From assembly GCA_016871175.1 (NCBI GenBank), contig VFZL01000022.1:4533-68532 (forward strand): a stretch of 64,000 bases of DNA, read 5' to 3'. Source of the DNA: Acidimicrobiia bacterium (GTDB taxonomy: Bacteria; Acidobacteriota; Vicinamibacteria; Vicinamibacterales; CAVVIG01). The notes under the pieces were generated by a model. It saw only the letters and a list, made by a program, of their open reading frames with translations. It did no database searches and had not been told where the DNA came from. A program made the translations under genes and the position numbers. Shown one piece after another: positions 19,889 to 30,600 of this stretch (positions are counted from its first letter, which is position 1; every line of letters begins with the position of its first letter).

Positions 19889-21247
19889 TCAGACGAAGAG
19901 GTCGGCGAAGGTCTGATAGAGCAGCCACACGTTGAGCGTGGCGATGATGACCGCGACGGTCCACGCCAGCCCCTTCACCCACCCTGAGCTCACGAACTCA
20001 CCCATCTTCGCCCTCTCGGACGTGAACTGCACGAGCGGAAACACCGCGAACGGCAGTTGCAGGCTGAGGATCACCTGGCTCAGGATGAGCAGCGGGCCGG
20101 TGCCGCGGTCGCCGTAGATCAGGATGACGATGACGGCCGGCAAGATGGCGATGAGGCGAGTGATGATCCGCCGCAGCCACGGCCGCAGGCGCAGGCTGAG
20201 AAACCCTTCCATCACGATCTGGCCGGCGAGCGTACCGGTCAGAGTGGCGTTCTGGCCGCTGAAGAGCAGCGCGAGCGCGAAGACCGTGCTCGCGACCGAC
20301 GTGCCGAGCAGCGGCGACAGCATCTTGTAGGCGTCCGAGATGTCGGCGATGTTCTCATGCTCCGTGCCGTGGAAGGTCGCCGCGGCGAGAATGAGGATGG
20401 CGCCGTTGATGAAGAGGGCAGACATCAGGGCGACCGACGAATCAATCGTTGCGAAGCGGATCGCCTCCCGCTTGCTCTCGACATCGTCCTGATACTTGCG
20501 CGTCTGCACGATCGACGAGTGCAGGTACAGGTTGTGCGGCATCACCGTCGCGCCGAGGATGCCGATGGCGATGTAAAGCATGTCGGTGTTGCGGAGGATT
20601 TCGAGGCTCGGCGCCGTGCCCGCGGCAATCGCGAGCGGATTCGGCTCCGAGAGGTAGATCTCGATGGCGAACGAGACGGCGATGAGCAGGATGAGGGTGA
20701 CGACCAGCGCTTCGACGTAGCGGAAGCCGCGGTTCTGCAGGTAGAGCACGATGAGGACATCGGCCGCCGTGAGGCATACGCCCCAGATGAGCGGGAGGCC
20801 GAAGAGGAGGTTGAGCGCGATGGCGGCGCCGAGGACCTCCGCCAAGTCGCAAGCGGCGATGGCGATCTCGCAGAGGAACCACATCGCGAAGGTGGCCCTG
20901 GGCGAGTAATGGTCGCGACAGGCCTGGGCCAAGTCACGTCCGCTGGCGATCCCGAGGCGGGCGGCGAGCGCCTGGAGCAGGATGGCCATGAGATTGGAGA
21001 TGACGATGACGCTGAGCAGGGTGTAGCCGAAGCGGGCGCCACCGGCGATGTCCGTGGCCCAGTTGCCCGGGTCCATGTAGCCGACGGCGACGAGGTAGCC
21101 GGGCCCAGCGAAGGCGAACAGTTTCTTCCAGAATCCGGCCGTGTGGGGGATCGCTATCGAGCCGTGGAGCTCCGGCAGCGATACTTCACTTGACGGAAGC
21201 CTCCATCCACCAGTCGGTTGCGAAGCTTGTTCGGTGCTCACGTGCAT
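19889..21247 (-). CDS. mntH: Nramp divalent metal (Mn2+) transporter
   Basis: GYMDPGNW, GATVMPHNLYLHS, SQVILS. Confidence 0.95.
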   Translation of the reverse strand: MHVSTEQASQPTGGWRLPSSEVSLPELHGSIAIPHTAGFWKKLFAFAGPGYLVAVGYMDPGNWATDIAGGARFGYTLLSVIVISNLMAILLQALAARLGIASGRDLAQACRDHYSPRATFAMWFLCEIAIAACDLAEVLGAAIALNLLFGLPLIWGVCLTAADVLIVLYLQNRGFRYVEALVVTLILLIAVSFAIEIYLSEPNPLAIAAGTAPSLEILRNTDMLYIAIGILGATVMPHNLYLHSSIVQTRKYQDDVESKREAIRFATIDSSVALMSALFINGAILILAAATFHGTEHENIADISDAYKMLSPLLGTSVASTVFALALLFSGQNATLTGTLAGQIVMEGFLSLRLRPWLRRIITRLIAILPAVIVILIYGDRGTGPLLILSQVILSLQLPFAVFPLVQFTSERAKMGEFVSSGWVKGLAWTVAVIIATLNVWLLYQTFADLFV

Positions 21248-21267
21248 GATTTTGATAAATCAAAATC
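21248..21267. promoter_or_regulatory. Palindromic operator at mntH (MntR/DtxR-like)
   Basis: Perfect inverted repeat GATTTTGAT-AA-ATCAAAATC just downstream of a TG-n-TAGACT -10 box on the minus strand. Confidence 0.7.
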
Positions 21268-21420
21268 TGCACAGAGTCTAACACGAGTCGCGCGATCCTG
21301 GTCCAATGGCGGGGGCCGCATCCACCGGTGGGGCCGCAGCATGCGACCGGCCGACAGGGCCTTCTGGCGCCGTGCGAGGCCGATTTCAGGGCCTTCTCAC
21401 TGGCGTGTCGCGGTGCCTGT

Positions 21421-21837
21421 TCACCGCGCAACGCGACGCCGTCGGTAGGTCTTCCCGTCGCCGACCTTTACGATTTCGAGTGTGACTTGGCGCATCGACC
21501 GTGGGTGCATGCCCAACTGACCTGCCGCGGCTGGCGAGATGTCGAGGATGCGGTTCGGCTGCACGGGCCCTCGATCGTTGATGCGCAGCACTACACTTCG
21601 ACCGTTCCGAGTGCTGGTCACCTTGACTTCAGTGCCGAACGGCAGCGTCTTATGGGCGGCGGTGAGCTTGGCTCGATCGTAAACCTCGCTGCTGGCCGTG
21701 GTGCGACCGTGCAGCCGATTCGAGTACACCGCGGCGAGGCCTGTTTCCATCTCCCCGACCGTCTGTGGCGAGGCCGTGGCCACCGACGCGAGCACGAGCA
21801 GTGATCCGAGCAGGGCGGTTCGAACGCGTGACATCAC
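21421..21837 (-). CDS. RlpA-like double-psi beta-barrel protein
   Basis: TAAHKTLPFGT, RINDRGP, LDIS. Confidence 0.9.
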   Translation of the reverse strand: MMSRVRTALLGSLLVLASVATASPQTVGEMETGLAAVYSNRLHGRTTASSEVYDRAKLTAAHKTLPFGTEVKVTSTRNGRSVVLRINDRGPVQPNRILDISPAAAGQLGMHPRSMRQVTLEIVKVGDGKTYRRRRVAR

Positions 21838-21892
21838 GCCGCTCCAGTAGGGGGCTGGGTTCGACCTCAGTATAGATCGCGCAGGTCGGGAC

Positions 21893-22879
21893 TCACGGTG
21901 TGTCCGCGAAGAGTCGCGGTACCGTGCGCACGACGTTCCTCAGCTCCGGGTACTCGGCGACGAACGCGTCGGGATAATCGCCATCGATCGGCTCGCCGAG
22001 CTGATGTTTGATCATGGCGGCGTTGGCGACCGACTTTGCCGAGAAGTGGTTGTTCGTATAGACGTACGTCTTCTTGACGATCTCGCGTGTCGCCTGGACG
22101 GTCTCGACGAACTCAGTGAGCTCCTCGTTCGAGTACAGATGGTTGTACCGATCCTCGCTCGCGCCGTGGCGCCACCACTGGGCCGCGTTTCGACCATGCA
22201 GGCGCAGGTAGTAGAAGCCTTTGACGTTCGGCAGGTAGTTCTGCCGGATGGAGCAGCGAAATTTCGGCTCGTCGATCTGGCCCCACGCGGCACCGAAGTC
22301 ATTCAGGAGGGCCAGCGTCTCCCCGAGTGCATCGCTCCAGCTTCGGTGGCGAAGCTCCACCGCGACAGGGAAGTCGTGAAACAGCTCCAACAACCAGGTG
22401 ATGTAGGAGCGTTCCGCCTCGGCATTCTTGTAGCTCGGCGGGAACTGGGCGAGCAACGCGCCGAGCTTTCCAGCAGAGGCCAACGGATCGACGCCACGCT
22501 TGAACTCGTCGAGATCGGCGAGGCTGGGTCGCACCAACTCGGTCACTAGGTCGCGCGCGACTACCGCATCCACATCGGCGGGGATCTGCTTCCGCGCCCG
22601 CTCGGCATACATGCCCGGATGGGTGAACTTCTGGTACAGCTTCACTGAGAAGTCGAAGCTCGGCGGAGTCCGCCGGGCCCACGCGCGGCTCACCTCGGGC
22701 TTCGGTTGCCCGTAGAACGTGGTGTTGATCTCGACCGTGTTGAAGTGCTCGGCGTAGTAGGAGAGCTCGTCGAACGACTTCGCGCGCCCGCGCTTGGGGG
22801 GGTAGAAGATGCCGTCCCACTTCCCCTTCCCGGTCGGATAGTTCCAGCCGGAGGTGCCGATACGCAGCTCGCCACTCAC
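21893..22879 (-). CDS. DUF72 protein
   Basis: IGTSGW, VEINTTFY, LAQFPPS, VELRHRSW, RLHGR. Confidence 0.9.
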   Translation of the reverse strand: MSGELRIGTSGWNYPTGKGKWDGIFYPPKRGRAKSFDELSYYAEHFNTVEINTTFYGQPKPEVSRAWARRTPPSFDFSVKLYQKFTHPGMYAERARKQIPADVDAVVARDLVTELVRPSLADLDEFKRGVDPLASAGKLGALLAQFPPSYKNAEAERSYITWLLELFHDFPVAVELRHRSWSDALGETLALLNDFGAAWGQIDEPKFRCSIRQNYLPNVKGFYYLRLHGRNAAQWWRHGASEDRYNHLYSNEELTEFVETVQATREIVKKTYVYTNNHFSAKSVANAAMIKHQLGEPIDGDYPDAFVAEYPELRNVVRTVPRLFADTP

Positions 22880-22899
22880 AGATACAATGTACTGCACTC

Positions 22900-23021
22900 C
22901 ACCGCGATGCGGCTCGCGCGCGAGATGGGGCGTGGGGCAAAGCCCCACGTGATAGAGGAGCAGAGCGGGGCATTGGGCCCCCGCGAGCGACTGAGCCAGG
23001 GTGTGGGGCAGCACCCCACGG
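22900..23021. repeat. REP-like palindromic intergenic element
   Basis: Hairpins cgtggggc-aaa-gccccacg and gtgggg-cagca-ccccac; core 22963-22997 resembles the reverse complement of 43057-43092. Confidence 0.6.
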
Positions 23022-23022
23022 G

Positions 23023-23664
23023 ATGTTGACTGTCAACGAGATCTTCCATTCGATTCAGGGCGAATCGACACGCGCGGGCACACCCTGCGTCTTCGTCCGG
23101 CTGACTGCGTGTGACCTGCGATGCCGCTGGTGCGACACAACCTACGCGTTCTACGAAGGACGGAAGCGCGACGTGAGCGACGTGCTGGCCGAGGTAGGGC
23201 GGTACGACTGTCAAACCGTCGAGATCACGGGCGGCGAGCCCCTCCTCCAAGAGGATGTGTATCCCCTGATGGAGGCGCTCCTCGCCGAGGGACGGACCGT
23301 GCTGCTTGAAACCGGGGGACATCGCTCCATTGAGCGCGTACCGGCACGCGTCATTCGCATCGTCGATGTGAAGTGCCCCGGCAGTGGCGAAGCGCACCGG
23401 AACGACTGGGAAAACTTGAATCGCCTCTCCGCGCACGACGAGGTGAAGTTCGTCATCCAGGATCGAGCAGACTACGACTATGCACGGGACGTGGTGCAAC
23501 GGCATCGACTCGAATCACGGTGTGCGGCCGTCCTTTTCTCGCCGGTTCACGGAGTGATGGATCCCAAGACGCTGTCGGAGTGGATGCTGCACGACCGTGT
23601 GCCGGCGCGCCTCCAGTTGCAGCTCCACAAATTGATTTGGTCGCCGACCGCGCGCGGCGTGTAG
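23023..23664 (+). CDS. queE: 7-carboxy-7-deazaguanine synthase (radical SAM)
   Basis: [29 protein letters not shown]. Confidence 0.93.
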   Translation: MLTVNEIFHSIQGESTRAGTPCVFVRLTACDLRCRWCDTTYAFYEGRKRDVSDVLAEVGRYDCQTVEITGGEPLLQEDVYPLMEALLAEGRTVLLETGGHRSIERVPARVIRIVDVKCPGSGEAHRNDWENLNRLSAHDEVKFVIQDRADYDYARDVVQRHRLESRCAAVLFSPVHGVMDPKTLSEWMLHDRVPARLQLQLHKLIWSPTARGV

Positions 23665-23668
23665 CGCG

Positions 23669-24364
23669 ATGCCCCCGAGTCGACCGGCGGTCGTGCTGCT
23701 CAGTGGCGGCCTTGACTCTTACACGGCTGCAGCGATCGCGCAGACCGAGGGGTTCGAGCTCCATGCGCTGACCATTCACTACGGGCAGCGACACGCACAC
23801 GAGATCGAGGCCGCGAAGCGAGTGGCCCGGGCGCTGGGAGTCCGCAGGCACCTCGAGACGAATGTCGACCTAAGGGGTATCGGAGGATCGTCACTCACCT
23901 CCGACACACCAGTGCCCACCGATCGCGACCTGGGCGACGGGTCGATTCCGGCCTCGATTGCGTCTACCTACGTGCCGGCACGCAACACGATGTTTCTCTC
24001 GCTCGCGCTCGGTTGGGCCGAGGTGCTCGATTCGCGCGACCTGGTCATTGGCGTCAACGCGGTCGACTACTCCGGCTACCCCGACTGCCGCCCGGAGTTC
24101 ATCGCCGCGTTCGAGCGGCTGGCCACACTCGCGACACGGGCCGGCGTCGAGGGCGCCCGGTTCACGATCCACACGCCGCTCATCGCCCTCACCAAGGCAC
24201 AGATCATCCAGCGCGGTCTCGCCCTGGGCCTCGATTACAGCCTCACGCACAGCTGCTACGCGCCGACCGCGGATGGTCGACCGTGTCGACGCTGCGACAG
24301 CTGCGTGCTCCGCGCCCGGGGGTTCGCCGAGGCGGGTGCGAGAGATCCGCTGATCGATGATTGA
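23669..24364 (+). CDS. queC: 7-cyano-7-deazaguanine synthase
   Basis: [27 protein letters not shown]. Confidence 0.96.
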   Translation: MPPSRPAVVLLSGGLDSYTAAAIAQTEGFELHALTIHYGQRHAHEIEAAKRVARALGVRRHLETNVDLRGIGGSSLTSDTPVPTDRDLGDGSIPASIASTYVPARNTMFLSLALGWAEVLDSRDLVIGVNAVDYSGYPDCRPEFIAAFERLATLATRAGVEGARFTIHTPLIALTKAQIIQRGLALGLDYSLTHSCYAPTADGRPCRRCDSCVLRARGFAEAGARDPLIDD

Positions 24365-24373
24365 ACCGGAGAT

Positions 24374-25888
24374 TCACCGTTTGAATTCCACGACGCGCAG
24401 CAGCAGCGAATCGATCGCGCTGTCGACCTCGCCTGCCGGTGCGCCGTAGTTGTTTGCGAGGATCGCGAAGGCGACAGGTTCCCCGTCGGCCGTCTGGGTG
24501 AAACCGGAGAGAGATCGGGCGTTTCGCATCGATCCGGTCTTGGCCTGCACGCGTCCTTCGGCCGGGGTGCCTTTCAGTCGGCCGCCGAGCATGCCGTCGG
24601 CACCGGCCACCGTCAGTGTCGCCCGGAAGGGGCCGTCGAGCGTAGGCGAACGCCCGACGTGGGCGAGCGTTGTGACGAGCCCTTCGGCGGTGATCAGGTT
24701 GTACCGCGAGAGGCCCGAACCGTCGGCGAGCGTGGCCTGGCTTGGATCCACGCCCCAATCCGCGAGGACGCTGATCGCCTGTTGGCGTCCACCCTCGAAA
24801 GTCGGCATGCCGAATTTCCCCCCTATCGTCTTCATGAACGTCTCGGCGTACTGGTTCTGACTAATCCGCATCATCGTTGCCGCCAGTGTTCGCAGCGGCG
24901 GAGAGCGATGTACCACCAGGGGGACCGCATCCTGCAGCCTCGGAGGATCGTCGAGATCGTCGAGATCAACGGCTGGGCCCTTGACCTCGATGCCGTTTGC
25001 GATCAGCGCCTTCCGGAGCTCCTCGACGAAGTGCTGTGTTGGATTCTCCACGGGGATGCGACGGTGGACGGGCTCGGCGCCGACGGGAATCGAGCCGGAC
25101 ACCTCGAGGACAGGGCGGTTCGCCGGCCGTCGCGTGGAGACCTGAGCAGGCGAGCCAGCCACGCCGGTGGTCACACGATTCCGTAGCGTCCAGCCGCTGG
25201 CCGCGGTCGCACATGTCACGTTCGCGGGTACGCCCGGCGTCGGACCCGGCGTCACGGTGAGGACGGTGGCGTTCACGTTCAGCTGCAGTCCACCGACGCC
25301 TGCCGAGTATGCCTCATCCATGTCGTCCCACATCCACCCCTGGCCGTACGGTTCGTCCTCGATGGCGTTATCGTCGCCGATGACACGTCCAGAGAGTGAG
25401 CGGACCCCCAGTGCCTTCAACCGTTCGGCCCACGAGCGAAACAACGGCTCCGCGGCGACCTCTTCCGTACCGATGGACGGATCGCCAGAGCCGCGCACGA
25501 TCAGATCGCCGTCGAGGAACCCGAAGTCGATTGCTCCGAGGCCGAGTACCTGGGTTTCGTAGGTATAGTCCCATCCCAATCGCTCGGCGGCCGTCGCGAG
25601 CGTGATCACCTTGAGACTCGACGCGGGGATCAACAGCTTGCGTGGGTTTCTCGCGTACAGCGTGTCATCGGACGCGAGCGAGCGGATGACGACACCCCAC
25701 GTGCCGGCGGCAAGTGACGGTACGTCGAGCGTGCGATCGATGTCCTGCCGAAGGCGGGTGAGGGCGGCAGACGTCGCCGTGACCGGATTGGCGGGCGTGC
25801 TGACCGGACGAGGGCCGCGGCAGGCGGTCAGCAGGAGGGCACAGGCGACCGCGGCGCACACGCCGGGCTGCCCGCGAGGTGGCCTCAC
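24374..25888 (-). CDS. dacB: D-Ala-D-Ala carboxypeptidase/endopeptidase (PBP4, S13), lipoprotein
   Basis: PASSLK, SQN, DGSGLSR, AKTG. Confidence 0.92.
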   Translation of the reverse strand: MRPPRGQPGVCAAVACALLLTACRGPRPVSTPANPVTATSAALTRLRQDIDRTLDVPSLAAGTWGVVIRSLASDDTLYARNPRKLLIPASSLKVITLATAAERLGWDYTYETQVLGLGAIDFGFLDGDLIVRGSGDPSIGTEEVAAEPLFRSWAERLKALGVRSLSGRVIGDDNAIEDEPYGQGWMWDDMDEAYSAGVGGLQLNVNATVLTVTPGPTPGVPANVTCATAASGWTLRNRVTTGVAGSPAQVSTRRPANRPVLEVSGSIPVGAEPVHRRIPVENPTQHFVEELRKALIANGIEVKGPAVDLDDLDDPPRLQDAVPLVVHRSPPLRTLAATMMRISQNQYAETFMKTIGGKFGMPTFEGGRQQAISVLADWGVDPSQATLADGSGLSRYNLITAEGLVTTLAHVGRSPTLDGPFRATLTVAGADGMLGGRLKGTPAEGRVQAKTGSMRNARSLSGFTQTADGEPVAFAILANNYGAPAGEVDSAIDSLLLRVVEFKR

Positions 25889-27249
25889 TGCACGAGTTCG
25901 TCCAGCCGTGTGATTGCCTCGTTGAGCTTCTCTGCCTCGACCACCATCGCCCCGGCATCGTCGGGGCGGGCCGCGAACGCGTCGTTTCCGCTCTTGCCGA
26001 ACGTGGCGCGCTCCTCGGATCGGCTCTGGTCGTATTTCATGTACACGCTGAGCGTGGGCGCGTCGAGGCCCGTGCCGGTCCTCGCGTCTCGAAACGACGT
26101 GGCGCGAACGTCCGCGAGGCCGGAAAGCAGGGCTTCAACTTTCTCTCGATCGAGCTCTTTCTCGGTGGGGCTGACACGCTTCCAGATGTCGGGCTTGTCG
26201 CCTTCCGTCTTCACGCGTTCGATCACCATCGATTTACCGCTCCACGAGAGCTCGGCACGGGATGCATTGAACGCACGGAAGTCGAACACGTCCTTGCGAC
26301 GGAAGTCATCGAGACTCTTCTTGAAGTCGTCGGCGAGCGACTTGTCGACGGTGGCCACGAGAGTCTTCGAGGCGTACCGTGCGTGAACGCCGTCCGATCC
26401 GGCGTCGGATCCGAACTCGACCACCACCGGCTGCGAGCCTTCTGCGTTGATGGTGACCTTCACCGCTGGATTGTCCAACCCGTATGGCTTCAGATCCCCA
26501 GAGGCCACCTGTTCGGTGACGATGGACTTGATTTGTGCCGACTCGAGCCGGCCGATGAGCGCCTCGGAGGCGCTGTAGTCGGCGCGCGCGTCAATCGGCT
26601 TGCTCACCCGCCACTCGGTCGTTTCACCCTTCTCGCCCTTGGTGATCTTCGTGAGGACCACGGGCTTCCCGGCGCCCGTGATCTCGATACTCTGGATTTT
26701 CGCGCGCGGCACGCTGACGAGCGCCTTGTCGCGCAGGTCGAACGTCGAGCGATTGAACGTGGACTCGTGGTACGCGGCGATCAGGAACACGCGCTGGTCA
26801 TCGTTCCTGCGCGCGTAGAGACCTGCGCCGGTCGGCGACTTGTCGCCGACGTACAGGTGCCCCTCTGGCACATCCTTGCCCTTGAAGTCGATCTGAATCC
26901 GCGGCTTCTCGAGGCCGAATTCGGCCAGGTTGGCAGGATTCTCGTCGACCACGCGCGTCAGTTCGAGGCCGCTGACTGCGCCCGCGATGCTCACGGCGTC
27001 CGAGGACGAGGCCTTCGCCTCGATGGGTGCGCTGATCTTCCAGTCCGATCCGTCGCGCTTGAGCGTCGTGGTGTCCCCTGCGTCGTTCTTGACGGTGATC
27101 TCCTCGATCTGCTCGCTCTTGGCGGCCGGAAACGCCTTCTCGAGACCTGAGCTCACGGCGCTCGGGTCGCGGTTCGAATCGTAGTAGATGTACCCGCCGA
27201 GCCCTGCCAGCACGACGAGCAGCGCTAGCGTCGACAATCCCCCGCGCAT
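25885..27249 (-). CDS. DUF4340 protein
   Basis: N-terminal TM, repeated (F/Y)GLxxP and DLRDK motifs; position in the Gld-like ABC operon. Confidence 0.8.
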   Translation of the reverse strand: MRGGLSTLALLVVLAGLGGYIYYDSNRDPSAVSSGLEKAFPAAKSEQIEEITVKNDAGDTTTLKRDGSDWKISAPIEAKASSSDAVSIAGAVSGLELTRVVDENPANLAEFGLEKPRIQIDFKGKDVPEGHLYVGDKSPTGAGLYARRNDDQRVFLIAAYHESTFNRSTFDLRDKALVSVPRAKIQSIEITGAGKPVVLTKITKGEKGETTEWRVSKPIDARADYSASEALIGRLESAQIKSIVTEQVASGDLKPYGLDNPAVKVTINAEGSQPVVVEFGSDAGSDGVHARYASKTLVATVDKSLADDFKKSLDDFRRKDVFDFRAFNASRAELSWSGKSMVIERVKTEGDKPDIWKRVSPTEKELDREKVEALLSGLADVRATSFRDARTGTGLDAPTLSVYMKYDQSRSEERATFGKSGNDAFAARPDDAGAMVVEAEKLNEAITRLDELVQ

Positions 27250-28836
27250 TTACTTCCTCCGTCGCCACCACGAGTAGACGCCGGCGCTGAACACGGCACC
27301 CGGCACCACAATCATCGCGGTCAGAATCACCCAGATCTGCTGTGTGACGGTGAGCGACAGGCGGCGGTCGCTGGGCTCACGCGGTCGGATCGAAATGAGG
27401 TTCTCCTGCTGCGACAGCCAGCCGACGATGTTCATGAACATGTCGCGGTTGCCCTGCACCCCGAGGGCGAAGTTGGCGCTGAAGTCCGAGTCGCCGACCA
27501 CCGCCATACGCGCCTCGCGCTTCGGCGTGTCCTCCTTCTTGGCATCCTCGGGCTTGGCGTCGGCGGGCGTTGACGCAGGCACGGCGACCGCCGCCGCCAA
27601 CGAGATCGGGCCTGCTTTGTCGCCCGTTGCTTCGTCCATCCCGGCGCCCGTCGAGAGCGAGGTCATGTCTCGCTCGGCCCAGCTGGCCGCGCTGGTCTCG
27701 ATGAAAGATTGCGCGGTTCGTCCGTTCGTGCCACCCGATGCCGGGTTGACCGATCGCGCGAGCGGATAGAGGGTGATCATGTTGTTGAACCCCTCGGTGA
27801 TGGCATGAGGCGGGTAGGTCAGCGCGACGGGCGAGGAGGCATCGCTCCCGAACATCCGTCCCATTCCGCTCGTATCGATGACGACGTTGGCGCCGACCTC
27901 GATGCCCCAGTCCTTGGCAAGGGCCACGAGGTTGGTCAGCGGTGGCGAGTCAGGTTTGATCTCCGGGTCGAGCATGAGCAGGAGCTTGCCCTGCGTGTCG
28001 AGGAACTTCTCCAGCGCTTCGATCTCCGGGGGGAAGAAGTCGTTCACCGGCCCGGCGACGACGACGATCGACGCGTCGTTTGGCACCGATCCGGTTTGTG
28101 CCAGGGCGAGCCGCTCGACGGTGTAGTTCTCACGCTTGAGCGCATCGCCGATACCGTTGAAGCCGGTCCGCTCCATGGAGGTCGGGTCCTTCTCGCCGTG
28201 CCCTTGCGTGAAGTAGACCTTGCGCGTTTCGCCGCTGACGACCTTGATGATGCCGTTCGTGATGTCCTGCTCTGTGCTCGAGGTGACCCGCTCGGTCCGG
28301 TCCTTGTATTTGATGACGTAGGTGCCGTACTGCTGAATGCCGGCCTGCTGCGCGGCGGTCCGTTGCCGGTCCGGATCGATGTACTCCGTCGTCAGTTGTT
28401 TGGAGACGTACTCGTATTCGCGCAGTCGATCTCGGTGCTGCTGGAAATCGCGATCGAACACCTGGATCTGGAGCGGGGCGTCGAGCTTCGCCAGCACGTT
28501 CTTCGTCTGGTCCGACAGGCTGAACTGTTGGTTGGAGGTCAGGTCCCACCGGTAATTGCGACGGGAGCTGATGTAATTCACCGCCACGAACACGGCCGAG
28601 GCCACGATGACGCCCACTATCGTCATGAACCAATAGCGCGCCTGTCGCGTCGAGAACATCGCCGCGATCTCGCGCCACTGGGTGGCCATATACGCGACCA
28701 TGGCCACCAGACCGGCGATCGCCAGTCGGACGGACCATTGCTGGTCGATAGGAATGACGTTGATCCGCACCAGGACCGCGAACACCACCAACGCGGTGCC
28801 GATCCAGCCGATGATGTTGAAGATTCGCGTCACCAT
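27250..28836 (-). CDS. GldG-family ABC auxiliary component
   Basis: DLT...FSLSDQT, VYFTQGHGE, VVGDSDF, GNRDMF. Confidence 0.85.
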   Translation of the reverse strand: MVTRIFNIIGWIGTALVVFAVLVRINVIPIDQQWSVRLAIAGLVAMVAYMATQWREIAAMFSTRQARYWFMTIVGVIVASAVFVAVNYISSRRNYRWDLTSNQQFSLSDQTKNVLAKLDAPLQIQVFDRDFQQHRDRLREYEYVSKQLTTEYIDPDRQRTAAQQAGIQQYGTYVIKYKDRTERVTSSTEQDITNGIIKVVSGETRKVYFTQGHGEKDPTSMERTGFNGIGDALKRENYTVERLALAQTGSVPNDASIVVVAGPVNDFFPPEIEALEKFLDTQGKLLLMLDPEIKPDSPPLTNLVALAKDWGIEVGANVVIDTSGMGRMFGSDASSPVALTYPPHAITEGFNNMITLYPLARSVNPASGGTNGRTAQSFIETSAASWAERDMTSLSTGAGMDEATGDKAGPISLAAAVAVPASTPADAKPEDAKKEDTPKREARMAVVGDSDFSANFALGVQGNRDMFMNIVGWLSQQENLISIRPREPSDRRLSLTVTQQIWVILTAMIVVPGAVFSAGVYSWWRRRK

Positions 28837-29603
28837 TACGCCCGCCACCGTTCCGTATCGACCGACTTCGCCGTCAGATAGAGTCCGAACGCGATGAAGC
28901 TCACATAGTAGATCGCATGCTTCGTGTCGAGCACGCCTTTGGCGAAGTCGTCGAAGTGGTCGACGATCGACGCGAAGCTCGCCGCGTCGCCGTACCACGC
29001 GCCGCCGGCGATGCTGCTGATCCAGCTGATCACCCAGAACAGCAGGAAGACCGCGAAGGTCGCCATGGCGGCGACGATCTGGTTGCGCGTCAGGCTGGAA
29101 ATGAAGAGCCCGACCGAGATGAAGCATCCGCCCAGCAGCAGGAGGCCGAGGTACGCGGTGATGAGCGGCTTCCACTCCGGCGATCCGTAGATGAACAACA
29201 TCCCGATGTGGATCACCGTCACCAGCAGCATGATGGCCCAGAGTGCGAGGGCGCCGAGGAATTTCCCGAGGATGATCTGCAGGTCGGTCACTGGCGACGT
29301 GAGAAGGAGCTCGATGGTGCCGGACCGCTTCTCCTCCGCGTAGGCGCGCATCGTAATCATCGGCATCACGAAGAGGATCACGACCGTGACGTTCTGTAAA
29401 AGCGGCCGGATCATGTGCTCGTTGATGTTGATCGCCTGCGGGCCCATCGGGGACATCTGCCCGCTGATCTGAACGAAGTACGCCAGCATGATCCAGTAGA
29501 AGTAGCCGTACACCAGCGCGAAGAAGCCGATCACGATGTAGGCGATCGGGGAGGCGAAGTAGGACCGGAGCTCCTTGCCTGCAATCGCGAGGATGTTACT
29601 CAT
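28836..29603 (-). CDS. ABC-2 permease (GldF-like)
   Basis: KELRSYF.SPIAY, EEKRSGTIELLLT, GKFLG. Confidence 0.9.
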   Translation of the reverse strand: MSNILAIAGKELRSYFASPIAYIVIGFFALVYGYFYWIMLAYFVQISGQMSPMGPQAININEHMIRPLLQNVTVVILFVMPMITMRAYAEEKRSGTIELLLTSPVTDLQIILGKFLGALALWAIMLLVTVIHIGMLFIYGSPEWKPLITAYLGLLLLGGCFISVGLFISSLTRNQIVAAMATFAVFLLFWVISWISSIAGGAWYGDAASFASIVDHFDDFAKGVLDTKHAIYYVSFIAFGLYLTAKSVDTERWRA

Positions 29604-30600
29604 GGGGCACCTCTTCGATGGCCGCTCGGTTGTTGTCGTTCGGGGTTTCAGGCCCGCTCGGCGCGCGCTCGTCTTCGGTCGTCAGCGAAAGGAACACATC
29701 CTCGAGGCTCATGCGCATCGGGCGAAGTTCCAACAGCCCCCACCCGTTCCGCACCACCGCCTGCGCGAGATCCCGCCGCACGTCACGGCCGCGCTCGCTG
29801 TCAACCTGGTAGCCGACGATGCCGTCACGCCGGTCGGCTTGTACGACACGAGTGACGCCGCCGACCTGCGAGAGAGCGGTCTCAACGGTGGCGCAGCCCC
29901 CGTCGATCTGGATGTACATCGCTTCCGATCCGCGCAACTTCGACGTCAGGTTCTCGGGCGAGTCGACCGCAACGACCTTGCCTCTGTTGATGATGACGAC
30001 GCGAGTGCAGGTCTGCGAGACTTCCGGCAGGATGTGCGTGCTCAGAATGATCGTGTGGTCGCCGGCGAGCTCCTTGATGAGCTGTCGCGTCTCGTTGATC
30101 TGCTTGGGATCGAGCCCCGCAGTCGGCTCGTCGAGGATCAGCACGTCCGGGTTGTGGATGAGCGCCTGCGCGAGCCCGACGCGTTGCTTGTACCCCTTCG
30201 AGAGCTTCCCGCATGCCCGGTCGGCCATATCGTCGATACGTACCCGGCGCATGACGGCGTCGATGCGCTCGCGCCGCTCAGACTTCGGCACGCGCTTGAT
30301 CTTGGAGATGAAGGTCAGGTACTCCCGAACGGTCATGTCCGGGTAGAGCGGCGGAGTTTCGGGGAGGTACCCGGTCCGCCGCTTGGCCTCGATCGGTTGA
30401 TGGAAGACATCGTACCCGGCAACGGTCGCGGTGCCTTCCGTGGCGGGCATGAAGCCCGTCAGTATCCGCATCGTCGTCGTCTTGCCGGCGCCGTTCGGAC
30501 CGAGGAATCCCAAGATCTCCCCGCGTTCCACGCGGAAGCTGACGTCTTCAACGGCGGTGAAGCGGCCGTAGCGCTTCGTGAGGTGCTGCACCTCAATCAC
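29596..30600 (-). CDS. ABC ATP-binding protein (GldA-like)
   Basis: GPNGAGKTT, LSKGYKQR, ILDEPT. Confidence 0.93.
   Translation of the reverse strand: MIEVQHLTKRYGRFTAVEDVSFRVERGEILGFLGPNGAGKTTTMRILTGFMPATEGTATVAGYDVFHQPIEAKRRTGYLPETPPLYPDMTVREYLTFISKIKRVPKSERRERIDAVMRRVRIDDMADRACGKLSKGYKQRVGLAQALIHNPDVLILDEPTAGLDPKQINETRQLIKELAGDHTIILSTHILPEVSQTCTRVVIINRGKVVAVDSPENLTSKLRGSEAMYIQIDGGCATVETALSQVGGVTRVVQADRRDGIVGYQVDSERGRDVRRDLAQAVVRNGWGLLELRPMRMSLEDVFLSLTTEDERAPSGPETPNDNNRAAIEEVPHE

Noticed and set aside
21248-21420. yybP-ykoY Mn riboswitch before mntH
   Set aside because: The -10 box is only ~25 nt from the start and the conserved riboswitch motifs are not seen.
22880-23022. preQ1 riboswitch upstream of queE
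   Set aside because: No preQ1 stem with an A-rich tail; the hairpins match a dispersed repeat instead.
23023-24364. queE/queC as a Dpd DNA-modification defence system
   Set aside because: No dpdA or tgt paralog and no island context; consistent with ordinary queuosine synthesis.
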